A stretch of 64,000 nt of DNA from Scenedesmus sp. PABB004 (GCA_014905635.1 JABVCE010000026.1:310001-374000); one strand, 5' to 3'. Shown: positions 22,897 through 35,795, counted from the stretch's first letter. The notes: generated by a model not told the origin, from the sequence alone. Translations and numbers: made by a program.

Positions 22897-24431
22897 ATGC
22901 TCGCCCAGGGCCTGCCGCGGCTGTGCGGCTGCGCCGAGCGTGATGCGCGCTCGCAGCAGCCGCGGCGGCAGCGCCTGCGGGGCTGCCGCGCCGGCGCGCA
23001 CACCGAAGTCGCGGCGATGACCAGCGACGTGGTGCGGCGAGGCGGGCGGCCAGGCGGCCAGCGGCGGGGCGGCGCTGGCAGCGGCGGCGCTGCTGCTCCG
23101 GCCTGGGCTGCTCGCGGCGCCGCCGACGCAGCGTTGCCCGCTGCCGCGCGGCCCGCAGACCGCCGAAGTGCTGCGCGCGGTCATGGTGCACGCACTGCAG
23201 CGCCGCCTGGCGGGCTACGCTGCGGTCGAGGCGTCGTGCGCGAGCGACGCGCGCGGGCTGCTGGAGGGCCGCGTTGACGGCATGCGCGTCGCCGGCCGCG
23301 GCTGGGTCACGCCGCTCGGCCTCACCGCGCACCGCCTGGAGGTGCGGCGCAGCGCGGTGCTCCCGGCGGCGCCGCTCGCGCGCGCGCGCTGGCGCGCGGC
23401 CGTGGCCGACCCGGTCCGCCGCGCCGCGCGCGCGCGCGGCCGCAGGTCAGCATCGGCACCATCGCGCTCGACGTGCCGCACCTGCTCGCGTCGCGCCGCG
23501 TCGTGCTGCGCAACGTGCCCGCCGGCTCGGTGCGCATCGCGCTCAGCGGCGCCGACATGGGCCGCTTCGTGTCCCACCCCCTCTTCACCGCGGCGGCGGC
23601 GACGGCCATCGAGGCGCGCGCGCGGCCGGCGCGGCGCGGCGCGCCGCGGCCGCCTGCGCCGCGGGCGGCAGCGGCGGCGCGGCGCGCCCCGTCGGCCGCC
23701 GCCGCACGCGAGCCCCGCGCGCGGCCCCCGCCGCCCTCGCCCCCGCAGGGCGGGGCGTTTGCGTTCGACCCCGCCTCGGTCCGCATCGGCGGTGGCGCGG
23801 TGCGCTTTTCCGGCGTGGCCGCGCGCGACGGGCAGCGCTACGCCCTCATCATGCAGCCGGGGCCGCCGCCGGCGGCGGCGGGGCCCGGCGGCGCGCGCAG
23901 GCCGCTGCGGGTCGGCGCTCAGCGCGTCGGCGGCGGCGGCGGCGGCGACCCCGCAGGTGCGCGGCGCGCCGGCGCGCAGCGCCGTGCCGCTCGGGCGCGC
24001 CCGCCGCGCGCGCCGCGCGCCTGACCGCGCCCGGCCGCGCCGCGCGCTGCCACACCAGGCGCGGAGGCCGTCGCGGCGGGCATGGCCAGCTTCTTCACCA
24101 CGCTGTCGCTGGACCTGCAGGCGCGCGGCGCGCCCGACCCGGCTGCCGGGCGCCAGCCGCCAAGCTGCCGGCGCTGCCGGCGGCGCCGGCCCTCCTGGCG
24201 GCAGCCTGGCGCCGCGGCCGCCCGCCAGCGCGCGCCGCGCCCTCGACGCGCCGCCGCCCCTGACGTGCGCGGCAGCGCCGCCGCCTCCGCGATCGCCAGG
24301 GCATCGAGCTCGGCCGCCCCGTGCTGAGCCTGCGCCCCGGCGACACCAGCGACGCGGGCCAAGGCGACCTGCTGGAGATTGCCATGCGCCTGCGCCTGCG
24401 CGCGTTCCCGCCGCTCGACATGCAGTTTTAG
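22897..24431 (+). CDS. Conserved hypothetical protein, DUF2993/LmeA-like lipid-binding fold, probably plastid
   Basis: Spliced product includes GLLEGRVDGMRVAGRGWVTPLGLT, IALDVPHLLASRRVVL, IALSGADMGRFVSHPL and ends LRAFPPLDMQF* (TAG 24429-24431). Two GC-AG introns. Start and family call are tentative. Confidence 0.65.
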
Positions 24432-24450
24432 AAGTGCAGCAGCCGGCAGA

Positions 24451-24497
24451 GGGCGCCAGAGAGTGGGCGCGGGCGCCAGAGAGTGGGCGCGGGCGCC
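24451..24497. repeat. 20-bp tandem duplication (GGGCGCCAGAGAGTGGGCGC, about 2.3 copies) in a 3' UTR
   Basis: Units start at 24451, 24471 and 24491 (partial). Confidence 0.9.
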
Positions 24498-24944
24498 TAG
24501 GTGTGCGAGCGCGCGGGCGGGGCACTAGGCAGGCACGCGGCTGGTGCGGGCGGGGTCGTCAAGTGAAGTTGCGCAGGTGGCCACGTGTGTGCGGACGCCG
24601 GGGGGCTCCTGCGCAGGCTCGAACCTCCGTCGTCAGCCGCCGATTTGAGGCGGGCGCCGCGGCGGCGGCGGGCGCGCAGCCCTGGCCCCAGCGGTGCGCA
24701 CTGCAGCTGCTGCTGGGCAGCGTGAGCCTTGCAACAGCGGCTCCAGTTCATCTGCCAGCGGCGAGCGGCGGCGCAGGGCTCACGGCCGCCGCCTGGCTGG
24801 CTCCCCACACGCCGTGCCCCGCTTCACAGCGCCGCGGGCCCCTCCCGTTGGTCCGCGGGGCGCGGCGTGCGGCCCGTCTGCAGCGCTGCGGCCTTTTCAA
24901 AACGCGGTACGCCCAGCGTGCCCCCGGGGCCGGACGCGCCCGCC

Positions 24945-27900
24945 ATGGCGGCCGTGGACGCCTACCTGGCCTGCCTGGAGGCAGCGGGCGACGCGGGGTG
25001 CGCCGGCGCGCCTGTGCCACTGCTCCGCTGCTGCGCGCGCTGGGGCCGTTAACGCCGCCGCCGCCTCCCCAGGGCCGCCTGGCAGCTCGTGGCGGAGCTC
25101 CCTCAGCGCGTGGACGTCGACGCCGCGACGGGTGCGCGTCGGGCCGTTGGCGGCGCTTGCAGGACCGCTCGCCGCGCCCAGCGGCCGCCCCACACTGCCG
25201 CCGCTGCCCGGCCCGGCCGCCGCGCGCAGACGCGCAGCTGGCGCGGCTGCTGGGCTTTGCGGCGGCGCAGCTCCCCGCCACCGCAGCGCTGGCGGGCGGC
25301 GACGCGGCGGCCGGCCGGGCGCTGCTGCGCACGGTCGCGGGCGTGAGCGAGGCGCGCCTCGCCGCGGCCGCGCGCGCGCCGGAGCAGCTGGCGCTGCTGG
25401 CGGGCCTCGCGCCGCACCTGGCGCTGCCGCACCCGCTGGGCGGCTCGGGCGCCGCCGCGGCGTGGGCGCACGGCGCGGCGGAGCGGGTGCTGCGCTGCCT
25501 CGCTGCCGCGCCGCCGGGCGGCGCGGCCAAGCGGCCGCCGCTGCGGGGCAAGGAGAACGAGGGCGCGCGGCTGGACAGCGAGGCGAGCAGGGACGGCAGC
25601 AGCCGCAAGGCCGGCAGCGTCGCGGCGGACGGCGAGCTGCTGCGGCAGCTGCACGCCGTCGCGCCGGCGCTGTGGCGCGCGCGCCTCGCGTCGCCGGGCG
25701 ACCCCCGCGACGCCGACGGCGTGCGGCTGGCGCTGCAGGTGCAGCAGGCCGCGCAGGGCAGCCTGGCAGCGCTGCGCGCGCTCTCCGAACGCGCGGCGGG
25801 GGGCGCCGGCGTGGCGGTCATGCAGGCGCAGCTGCTGGCCCTGCTGGCGACGGGCGCGTCGCCGCCCTTTGTGCCGCCCGGCGCGCCGCCGCCGGCAGCC
25901 GTCAAGCTCGAGGGCGGCGGCGGCGCGCCGGCGGCGCCGGCGCCGCTGCTCAAGGCGCTCAGGGCGCTCCTCGCTGCGGCGCCGGCGGCAGCCAAGCTCG
26001 TCGGCGGGAACGCCGGTGCGGGCGCCGGCGCCGGCGGCGCGACGCCACTCGCGGCCGGCGACGCGCCGGTGATCCTGCAGGCCGCCGCGGCGCTGAGCCT
26101 GTCCGGCGTGCGCGCGTGGGGCCTCGCGGCGGCGCAGCTGGGGCCGCTCCTGCTGGACAAGGCGGTCGGGCAGCCCATGCTCACGGTGCGCTCCGCGCGC
26201 TGGCCGCGCTGCCGGGCGCCCCGCGTCCCCGGCGCTGCCCGCCGCCGCCTGTCGGGGGCAGGCAGCGGGGCCGGCCGCCGGCGGTGGGGTCGCTGCAACG
26301 CGCCCGCCGCCGCCGCCCGCCGCCGGCGCCCGTCGGACGGGCGCCGGCGCCGCGCAGATGCTGCAGGGCGCCTTCACGGCGCAGGACGCCGCGCTTCGGC
26401 TCGAGGCGTTTGCGTCGTGGCACGCGTTCGTGGACTGCTGCGCCGGCCTGGGGCAGCTGGTGCGCAAGCGCGTTGTGCTGCACTCCCCCATGATCTTCGC
26501 GTTGCAGCATGACAGCAGTGAGCGTGTGCGCCTCGCGGCCCTGGCATCGTGGGCCTGCCTCGTCGGGGTGCTGGTCGGACAGCACCCGCTCGGCGGCGCC
26601 GGCGCCGGCGGGGGGTGCCTGTCGGCCGTGGCCGCAGGCCGTGGCGGCGCCGACGTCGACGCCCACGCGGCAACGCCCTCACCAGCGCCGGCGGGCGGCC
26701 GGGCGGCCGAGGGCCTCACGGCGGAGCTGTTCGAGCAGCTGGTGAGCCCACTCGTGGCGTGCGTGATGGGCGAGGCAGCTGCTCCGGCGCCCGTCAGCGG
26801 CAGCGGCGCCAAGAAGCGCGCGCCGCGCGACACCAGCTGCCTGGCCGGCCTGCCGATTGTGCAGCTGGTGCTGCAGCAGGCGCTCGCGGCCGGCGAGCCG
26901 GCCCTGGCGGCGCTCGTGTGCCGGCAGGTGCACGCCGTGTGCGGCGGCCGGCACGCGGCGGCACAGCTGGCTGCGGCGGCCGCCGCGGGCGCGGGCTGCG
27001 GGGGCCCTGACTGCGCGGCGGCGGGCACGTCGGGCAGCAACCCGTGCTCGCCCCGCTGCGTGACGCCCGGCGACGCTGCGGGAGGCGGGGCACCGCAGCA
27101 CGGCGGCCGCAGCCCGCCGGCCCTGACGCCGGCGCTGGGCGGGCCGGGCTTTCCCGCCCTGGCGCTGCTGACCCCGCTGGGCCTCGGCTGCGCGGGGCTG
27201 CGCACGCCGAGCACGCCTGCCGCCAGGCCGGGCAGCGCTGGGCGCATGCCGCCGCCCGTGGCGGTCACGCCCGCGGCGGGCGCGCTGCCGGTCGTCGCCA
27301 GCCCGGGCTGGGTGCTCCAGACGGCGCCCGGCTGGCTGCAGCTGCTGGCGGTCTCCTTTCAGCAGCTGCTGGCAGGGGCGGCAGCGAGCCCAGGCACCGC
27401 CGCCGCGCGGCGGCTGGCGCACGAGTGGCTGCCGGCGTGGGAGGCGCTGCTGCAGCTGCTGGGCGCGGCCCTGCAGGTGCGCCTGGCCGAGGCGCCCCCC
27501 GGCGCTGCCGCAGCGCCGGCGGCAGCTCTGCCCGACAGCGGCGGCGGCGGCGGCGCCGGCGAGCACCGCCCGGCGGCCAAGCTGGACAGGCAGGCGGTGC
27601 GGGCGGCGCAGGCGGCCGTGCAGGCGCTGCACGCCGTGCACATGCTGCTGGCTCGCGCCGCTCCCGGTGATGGTGCAGCGGCAGACCTGAGCGAGCGCGC
27701 GGCGACGGTTGTGCTCCTTGCCCTGCCGCCGCAGCTGCTGGCGCCGGCGCTGCCGGCGGCGGCGCTGCCGCTGCCGCTGGACTTGGGCGCCGCCGCCGCC
27801 GCCGCGGCGGCGCAGGCGGCCGGCGTGCAGCCGCCGGAGGAGCTGCTGGGCCAGCCGTCCCCGCGGCTGCAGCAGGGAGTCTACTTCCCCGCCGCCTTGG

Positions 27901-29379
27901 GCGGCCAACCGGGCTGGCAGGTGGTGGCGGAGCTGCTGCTGCAGCTGCTGGCGGGCTTGCACGCGAGCGGGGCCACGCCCGAGGCGGCTGGCGCCGCTGA
28001 CGAGTGCAGCAGCGGGACCACCCCAGTGGAGGCGCCAGCAGACCAGCCGGACTTGGAGCAGCGTCTGCTCGCCTGCCTGGACGTCTGCTGCGCCGGTGGG
28101 TGCCGCACCAGCTGCGCACCGGCCTGCGCCGCGCTCGCGCAGCGCGCCTCCCCACCCGGCCCGCCCGCCGGCTGCTCCTCGCGCTGCCCTCCAGCCGCCG
28201 CAGGCCCCGCCGCGCCTGCTGCGGCACTCGTGCTGATGGCCAGCCTGTCCCGCTGGGCGGCGCCGCCAGCCGCCGCCGGCGCTGCGGTGGCGCGGCGGCA
28301 GCTCAAGGCGTGGTGCCTGCTCGCGGAGCGCGTGACGGCGGCGCCCGGCGCCGCCGCGTGTGCGCGCGCGGCCTCCCAAGAGCGGGACGGAGGCGCGGGC
28401 GGCGCAGGCGCCGGCGGCGCCGCCCTGGTGGCTGCGCTTGCCGACGGGGCGGAGGGCGCGGGCAGGCGGCTGGCTGACGCGCTCGTGGTGCCGCTGCGCG
28501 CCGCGCGCCTGTGCGGCGCGGGCGCGGGCGACGCCGCTGACCGGCCGCTGGCGGCGTTGCTGCGCTGGACGAGCTGCTGCTGGAGTGGGCTGGTGGGAGA
28601 GCTCGCGCGCGCAGTGGCGGCGCGGGCGCCGGGGAACGCCGCCGCCGGGTCGCGCGTCGGCCTGCAGGCGCTGCTCGCGCTGCGGGGCCTGCCCAAGCAG
28701 CTGTCGCTGGCGCTGGGCCTGCGGACTTCTGCGCGCGGCGAGGCCGCGGCCGCGAGCAGCTTTGGGTGCGGCCTCGGCGGCGCGTGGCGCGCGGAGCCGC
28801 TGCTCCCGCCCGCAGTGGCCATGTGCTGCGCCGCCGGGCAGCTCGCGCTGCTGGCCTGCCAGGCTCTGGCAGAGGAGCGCGCAATGGCGCGCGGCCGTGC
28901 GCAGGCCGCGGCATCGGGCGGGCGGCGCTCGGGCGGCGCCACGCCTGGCGGGGGCGCCTCGGGCGCGGCCACCGCCGCCACGGGGGCGACGCCGGGCGGC
29001 ACGGCCGCCGCCGAGCAGGCGCTCGCGCAGGCTGACCGCCTGGCGGTGCAGGAGCAGCAGGTGCAACATGTCCTCAGCGAGGGCGTGCAGCAGCTGGCGG
29101 CGCTCCTCGCGCCCGCGCCCGCGCCGGCGGCGGACGAGGGAGCGGCGCGTGGCTCGCCGCCGTGCGGCGACGGCTGGCAGTCGCGACGCGACGCGTGGCT
29201 GCAGGCGGCCGCGTCAGCAGCGGCCTGCGCGGCGGGCATGCCGGACGCCGCGGCTGCGGCCGACCTGCTGGGCGAGGCGCTGGTGCCGGCGCTGGAGGCG
29301 CTGCTGCGCGCTGCGTCGGCAGCCAGCGGCTTCACCACGAGCCTGCTGTCCGCGGCACTGCCCGTGCTGCTGGCGGCGC

Positions 29380-29430
<51 letters not shown>

Positions 29431-30982
29431 CGGCCGCTGACGACGACGCCGATGGCCACGCCGCCCGCGCAGCCGCCAACCGCACCATCCAGAGGTGAGG
29501 CGCGCCGCCACCATGCGCGGCTCCGCGCGGCTGCTGTGTTTTGCCGCGCACGCACCACACCCTGCCGCTGTGCTGCTCGCAGGTGGATTGACTCGCTCAC
29601 GCCCCTGCTGGTGGCCGCAATCCAGCCCGGTGGTGCCGCCGGCGGCGGCGATGATGTCGGCGCAGCAGCTGGTGGGGGTGCGGGCGGAGATGCGGCCGGT
29701 GACGCGGCGGCTGCGCAGCGCCTCGCCGCCGGCACGTACCAGGCACTCAGCCGCCTGGTGGACGGCAGCAGCGTGGGCGCGGCGCTGCAGCTGCTGGTGC
29801 TGCCCCTGGCGCTGGCAGAGGCGCTGGAGCAGCTCGCGCCGGGCGCGGCGCTGACCGGTGAGCCTGCGCGCGGTGCAGCAGGAGCCATGCCGCGGCGCTG
29901 CGCGCCCGCCCTGCGTGCCCACCGCAGCTGCCCGCGCGCCCGCCCGCAGGCAGCCTGCCCGCCGACGCGCCGCTCGTGACTGCACCACGCGCGGTGCCGC
30001 CCAGCCCCGCACCGGCGGCCCTCGCGCCGGCGGTCGCAGCGACGCCGCCACGCAGCCCTGCCTCGCCGCCAGGCGCAGCAGCTGTGGCAGCGACGGTCGC
30101 GGCGGCGGCAACGCCCCACGCGGGCGGCGCCGTGGCGATGGGCGGCAGGCCCGCGTCGCCGGCGCTGCCCTCGTTCGTCGCGGCGCGGGCTGCCGAGCCG
30201 GGCGGCGGCGGAAGCGGTGGCGGCGGCAGCGGCGGCGGCGGCAGCGGAGGCGCCATGCGCCCGCCCGCCGCCGCGCCCGGCAGCGGCGGCGGCGGCGGCG
30301 GCGGCGCGGCGCAGCGCCAGCGCGTGCTGCGCGCGTTCCAGGCGTCACAGACAGAGTATGTTCTCATCCCTGCCGCGCCGCGCGGCGGCGGTGCGGCGCA
30401 GGGCAGCGGCGGCGGCGCGCGCGTGCACGTCGGCAAGCGCCGCCGCGCGTCGGTGCACACCTACACAGCGCTGGACGCCAGCCAGCCGCTGCGGGACGGC
30501 TCGGGCTCGGGGCCCGAGGACGAGGGGGACGGCGGCGAGCCGGCGCCGCCGCCGGCCGACCCGGTGGCGGCGCAGGGCGCTGGCCAGCTTGGCGGCGCGG
30601 CAGCCGCCGCCCCGGGAACCGCCGGCACCGAGGCGCCGCCGCAGGCGCTGCGCCTGGAGGCTCCGCCGGTCAAGCGGGCGCGGGCGGACGCCGCGGCGCA
30701 GGGTGCTGGCCAGCCAGGCGAGGGCCTAGAGATGGTCGGCGCCACGCAGGAGGCCTCGCAGCCGGCCGCGCCCGAGCCGGCCGGCGCGGCGCCGCAGCAG
30801 CCGCCGCCCGCGACTGAAGGCGCGGCGGCGGCCGCCAGCGGCGAGGCGCCGCCGGCGGCCGCTGCGGGCGAGGCGCCGCGCGACCTGGCGCCGGCGGCGG
30901 CCACCGCCGCGCCGCCTGCTGAGGGTCTGCTGACCTCCATCATCATCCCTGACTCTGTCGAGCAGGGCGCTGCAGTGGTTTC

Positions 30983-31033
<51 letters not shown>

Positions 31034-31763
31034 GAGCGGCACCGCTGGCGAGCTGGCAGCGGCGCAGCCGACGCCGGCGCCAGCGGGGGCGGCGGCGGGC
31101 GCGCAAGACGCGGCGGGCGGCATGGCGGCCGCGCCAGCGCCGGTGACGCCGGTGCTCCCGGACGCGCTGGCGGGGACGGCGGCCGGCGACGCGGACGCGG
31201 ACGCGTCGCCCCCGCCGGCCACCGAGCCGGGGGCGCCCCAGCCCGAGGCGCAGGCGCCAGTGCCGGTGCCAGCGGTGCCGGCGGCGGCGGCGGCGCTGGC
31301 GCCCGCCGCGGGCGCCGACCCCGGTGTCGGCTCGCTGCCGGACGGTGTGGGCGAGCTGGAGATACTGCCCAGCCAGCAGTGGCTGCCGCAGCAGCAGGAC
31401 GGCCTGCAGCAGCTGTGCCGCCAGGCCAAGCAGCAGGCCGCCGCCGGCGCCTCGGGCGGGGGCTTCCTGCGGCCCGCGCACAAGCGGGGCCGCGCGGCGG
31501 AGGAGCCCAGCGCTGGCGCCGCGGCGGCGGCGCCCGCCAAGCTGCGCGCGGTGGCGGGCGCGGGCGGCGCGCCCGTGCCGGCGGGCGGCGAGGCATGGGC
31601 GCACGCGCAGGATGCGCTGGGCGGGCTGCTGCGGGGCGGCGGCGCTGAGCGCGGCGCCGCGCTGGCGGCGTGGCTGGGGGGCCTGGCGGGCGGCGAGCTG
31701 GCGGCGCTGGGCGAGGCAGTTGCGGCCGAGGCGGCGCGGCGGCTGCGGACGGCCGGCGCATGA
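24945..31763 (+). CDS. RIF1: Rif1-like protein (telomere/replication-timing regulator): N-terminal HEAT repeats and a disordered tail
   Basis: N-terminal VDAYL; AWGLAAAQLGPLLL...MLQGAFTAQDAALRLEAFASWHAFVD...RKRVVLHSPM...LASWACLV resembles the Rif1_N core; TEYVLIP...YTALDASQ resembles metazoan TDFVFIP...YNNLDVSQ (from memory); C-terminal amphipathic helix. Confidence 0.75.
29382..29429 (+). repeat. (CAG)16 coding polyQ tract
   Basis: 48 nt of uninterrupted CAG in the Rif1-like frame. Confidence 0.95.
30984..31031 (+). repeat. (CAG)16 coding polyQ tract
   Basis: 48 nt of uninterrupted CAG in the last Rif1-like exon. Confidence 0.95.
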
Positions 31764-31965
31764 GGGGGCAGGGCCACACAAGGGGGCGGCGACGTTGTTG
31801 CACGAGCACCCTGCAACAGATCCCGGGGGCACTGTACCCACATGCCCACGCCGCCCGCCCACCAACCAACCAAGCCCATATGAGCCCCGCGCGCGCTCAG
31901 CCGCCGCCGCCGCCGGCGGCGGGCTCATAGCGCTCCACACTGCAGCTCCCCCGCCGCAGCGGTGC

Positions 31966-34900
31966 TCACTTGGCCACCAACGGCGAGATGGGGAAGTCGA
32001 TCTCACGCTCAACCTTTGGGGTTTGGGGTTCAGGGGCCAGGGGGCAGAGGCGGGGGCACAGGGCTTAGGCCACAGGGCGGGCGGCGCGAGCGGCCGCGCC
32101 GGCGCGGGGCGGCGGCGCCCCCCTCGCGCCGGCGCGGAAGGGCGGCGGCAGCGGCGGCGGCGGCGCACCTGCTTCACAAAGTTGATCGCCTGCCGCACGG
32201 TCGGGCGCTCGACGCAGATCTCGCACACCCACGAGGGCATGCCGTCCGCCACGCACACGACCTGCGCGCGCGGCGTGACGGCGGGGCGGCGTCGGCGTCG
32301 GCGGGGTCGGGCGGCGGGCGCGGCGCAGGGGCTGCCTGCTGCGCAGCCCGGCGGCGCACCTTGTCGCCCGGCGCGACGAGGGCGCGGGCGTAGATCGTGC
32401 CGGGCAGCTCCGCCCAGGGCTCCAGGAAGTCCGCGTGCTCGATGATGCCTGCCGACACGCGGCGGGCGGCCACCGGCGGGCGCGCGGTCACGGGGAGCGG
32501 CGCGCGTCGCGGCGCGCGTCGCGGCGCCGGGCGTGGCCCTATGGGCCTCAGCCCAGCCTGCAGCCCCTGCCTGCAGGCCCCTGCCCGCCGCCGCACCCGT
32601 GGCAGGCGCGTTGATCGAGTACTCGGCCAGGCGCACCAGCGGCCGCCGCGCGATGAGCGGCGCCGCCGGCAGCCCGCAGCTCGCCAGCAGGTGCTCTGGC
32701 GTGCGCGCGCGCGAGGGCAGGGAGGGGGCCGTGGGTCGCTGGCGCGGCAGCTGCAGCGGCTGGGGCAGCAGCACCAGCGGCGGCAGCAGCAGCAGCGGCG
32801 GCAGCGGCGGCAGGCGCGCGCGCGCGCGCCCGCGCGGCGCACCCACGACCAGGTCCACGCCCCAGACCACGAGGTTGATGTCCCGCACGCCGCCGCCGCC
32901 CATGCGGGCGTTGACCTCGATCAGGCGCGGACCCCGGCTGGTCATCTGCGCATGGCGGGGCGCGGCGGCAGCGCCAGGGTGTGTGCGCGCGGGCGCGCTC
33001 AAAGCCTGGCAGGGGCTGCGCGCTGTGCGTGCTGTGCGGCCGCCGCGCCTTGAGCTCCACGTGGAACACGCCGAGCTTGAACCCCAGGACCTGCACGCTC
33101 GCGACCGCCAGGTCCAGCAGCTCCTGCGCGCGGGCAGCAGTGGCGGCGGCGGCGCGGCGGTCGGCGCGGCGGCCGGCGCGGCGGGCGGCGCCGGCGCGCG
33201 CGCGCGCGCGCCACGCTGCGCGCGGCGCGTACCTTCTGCGCCGCAACCGGAAGGATGCTGGGGCAGTTGCTGCCCGTCTCTGCGGGGCGCGCGGGGGAGA
33301 TGGAGGGGCCACGCGGCGTGTGGCGCCGCGCGTCGCGGGACGCGGCGACCGGGCCCGCGCGCCCCTCCCTCCCTGCCTTCTCGCTCCCTCCCGCCACTCC
33401 CCCCCCCCCCCCCGCCTGTGCCCCTCTCGAGGCTCCCGCACCGTTGAAATAGGGCTCGACCGTTGGCCAGTTGTCGGTGACGGCACCATAGTTACACTCG
33501 CCGCCGCTGAACACCAGGTCGCAGTCGACTTCGTCGCCGTCCAGGTACTAGTAAAAGGGAGGCGGGGCGAAGGCGGGCGGGGGCGCGGGCGGGTCGAGGG
33601 GGTCAGGGAGAAGGGCCCCCGCACTCGCGCGGTGCACAAGGGAGGGGGGAGCTCACGGGGCGCGGAGTGCGGCTCGGCGCCTGCGCGCGCGTCGGGTGCA
33701 GCCTGGTGGGTCCAGGCCCGCCGCTCCACCGCCCGCCGCACCTCCTCCATCATGATGGTCGAGCTCACAAACTGGCTGACCTTGGCGCGCTCCGCAGGGT
33801 CGAGCGCCGCGCCGTCCTCGCCCTCGCGCAGGTGGCCCTGCGCGCCGCAACGTGCGCACGGGGTGGAGGTCGTGCTCATTCTTTCTTTCGCCAGTCGGCC
33901 CGTCACTCAGCCGCAGGTCAGACAACCGGTCAAACAACCCGGTCAAACAAGCGACCAGTCGACTCACGTGCTCGTCGAGGAAGAGGCGCGCGAGCTGGCG
34001 CTGCACGTCGGCGACCTTGGCCCGCAGCGCGGGCAGGTCGTCCACGCGCACCACGCCCATCGACGCCGCGGCCGCGATCGGCTTTATGACCGCCGGGAAG
34101 CCCACCAGCGCGGCGGCCGCCTCCAGCTCCGCCTCGCCTGCGCGGCGGCGGCGGCAGCTGTGTTGGCGGCAGCTCGGCGTCGCGGGCTGCGCCGCAGCGG
34201 CGGCGCCGCAGCGGCGGCGCCGCAGCGTGGTGCGCACTCGTGATGAGCGCGTGCTTCGGCGAGGGCAGCCCCGCGGCGTCCATGAGGCGCCGCGTCGCGC
34301 CCTTGTCGCGCGCGAGGTCGCACGCGGCCGGCGGGTTGCCGGGCAGGCCGAGGCGCTCCGCGAGGCGCGCGACGAGGGGGACGGCAAACTCGTTGAACGT
34401 GGTCACGCCGTCCAGGCGGCCCTTGGCCTCGCGCAGCGCGCTCAGCGCGGCGAGCGCGCGGTCAAAGACGGTCCCCGCGTCAGCAAAGTCGAGCGGCACA
34501 AACTCCTCGGCCACGCCCTCGCCCACGAGCGTCTGGCTCCAGCTGCGCGCGGCGCGGCGCGTTCGCGGCGGCGGCGGCGCGTCCGCGAGGGCCGGCGCGG
34601 CCGCGGCGGCGGGACGTGGCCGCGGCCGCGCTCGGCGGCTGCGCTGTGCTGCCGGGGCGGGCACGGGCGCCGCGCACCTGTCGGGGCCGTCGATGATGAC
34701 CGCGCGCACGCCGAGCTCCTTGGCCTTCTCAAAAACAAACCTGCGTATGTGTGCCACACGGCCGGCAACGGCACCGCCGCGTCGGCCGCGCCGCGCTGCA
34801 GCACGCCGCGCCGAGCCGTGCCGCCGGCGCGGCCGACCGCCGGCAGGGGCGGCCGCGCGCCGTGCGCCGCGCGCGCCGCGCCGCGCCGCCGCACCGCTTG

Positions 34901-35795
34901 CCGCTGTAGCCGGCCGTGACAAACGCGACCACCGCGCCGCGCAGCGGCCCGCACCGCGCGCTCTGGCTGGCCGCGCGGCCGCCCTGCGCGCGCGCGCGCG
35001 GCGGCAGGCGGGGGCACGGTGTCGGCGGGCTCGCGCCGCCGCCGCGCTCCCCCACGCGGCGCGGCCGGCACTGCGCACCCCGCGGCCCCACGCGCCGCGG
35101 CCGGCGCCGCGCACCCCGGGCGTCTCCGCGAGGCGCGCCAGCGCGGGGCTCATGCCCAGCGGCGTGCCGAGGCTGGCGCGCTCGGTCTGCGTGAGGCCCC
35201 GAGGCAGGCTGCCCATGACGGCGGGCGTGATGAAGTTGGAGCGGTAGCTGCTGCCGCCCGCGCCGGCCTGCGGGCGCATGCGGGGCCGGCGACGGGCGCG
35301 GTCGGCAGAGGGCGGTCGGCGCGCCGCCTTGCGCCGCGGCCGCCAGCGCGCGCCGGTGCCGCCGCTGCACCTCGGGGATGGGCAGCGACTCCTTTCCGTC
35401 CTTGCGGTGCTGAGGGTGGAGCTCGTAGTCCACCTGCGGGCGGGCGCGTGCGCGGAGACGCGAACGGCGCCCACCTCTCACTCTCCACCGCCGGCGTCAC
35501 CCGCGCTGCCTGCTGCTCCCGCCGCCGCCGCGGCACCCACCAGCGGCTGCCCCCCGGCGCCCAGCGTCGAGGCAGGGAACTTGCGGAAGCTCGACCGCGC
35601 CCGCAGCGAAGACATCGCCTCGTCGAGGCCATCAAAGACGTCGTCGTCCTCGTCGGCGTCGCTGCTGCCGCCCCGGGCGTCGTTCGCCTGCAGCTCGTCC
35701 TCCAGCTCCTCGTGGAGGAGGCAGGGAAACGGGAACGCGCGGCTGAAGGAGATGCTCGCGTCGCTCCGCCCGCGCAGGGTCGGCGGCGCACTCAT
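31966..35795 (-). CDS. ATP-grasp amino-acid ligase, carnosine-synthase-like
   Basis: Multi-exon. VAFVTAGYSGK|RFVFEKAKELGV, LDGVTTFNEFAV, ARDKGATR, VGFPAVIKPIAAAASMGV, EE|YLDGDEVDCDL, FHVELK|MTSRGPRLIEVNARMGGG; ends IDFPISPLVAK*. Confidence 0.9.

Noticed and set aside
23168..26512. 1114-aa ORF apparently fusing the DUF2993-like gene to Rif1
   Set aside because: Chance open frame. The spliced upstream gene stops at 24431 and the Rif1-like gene has its own ATG at 24945.
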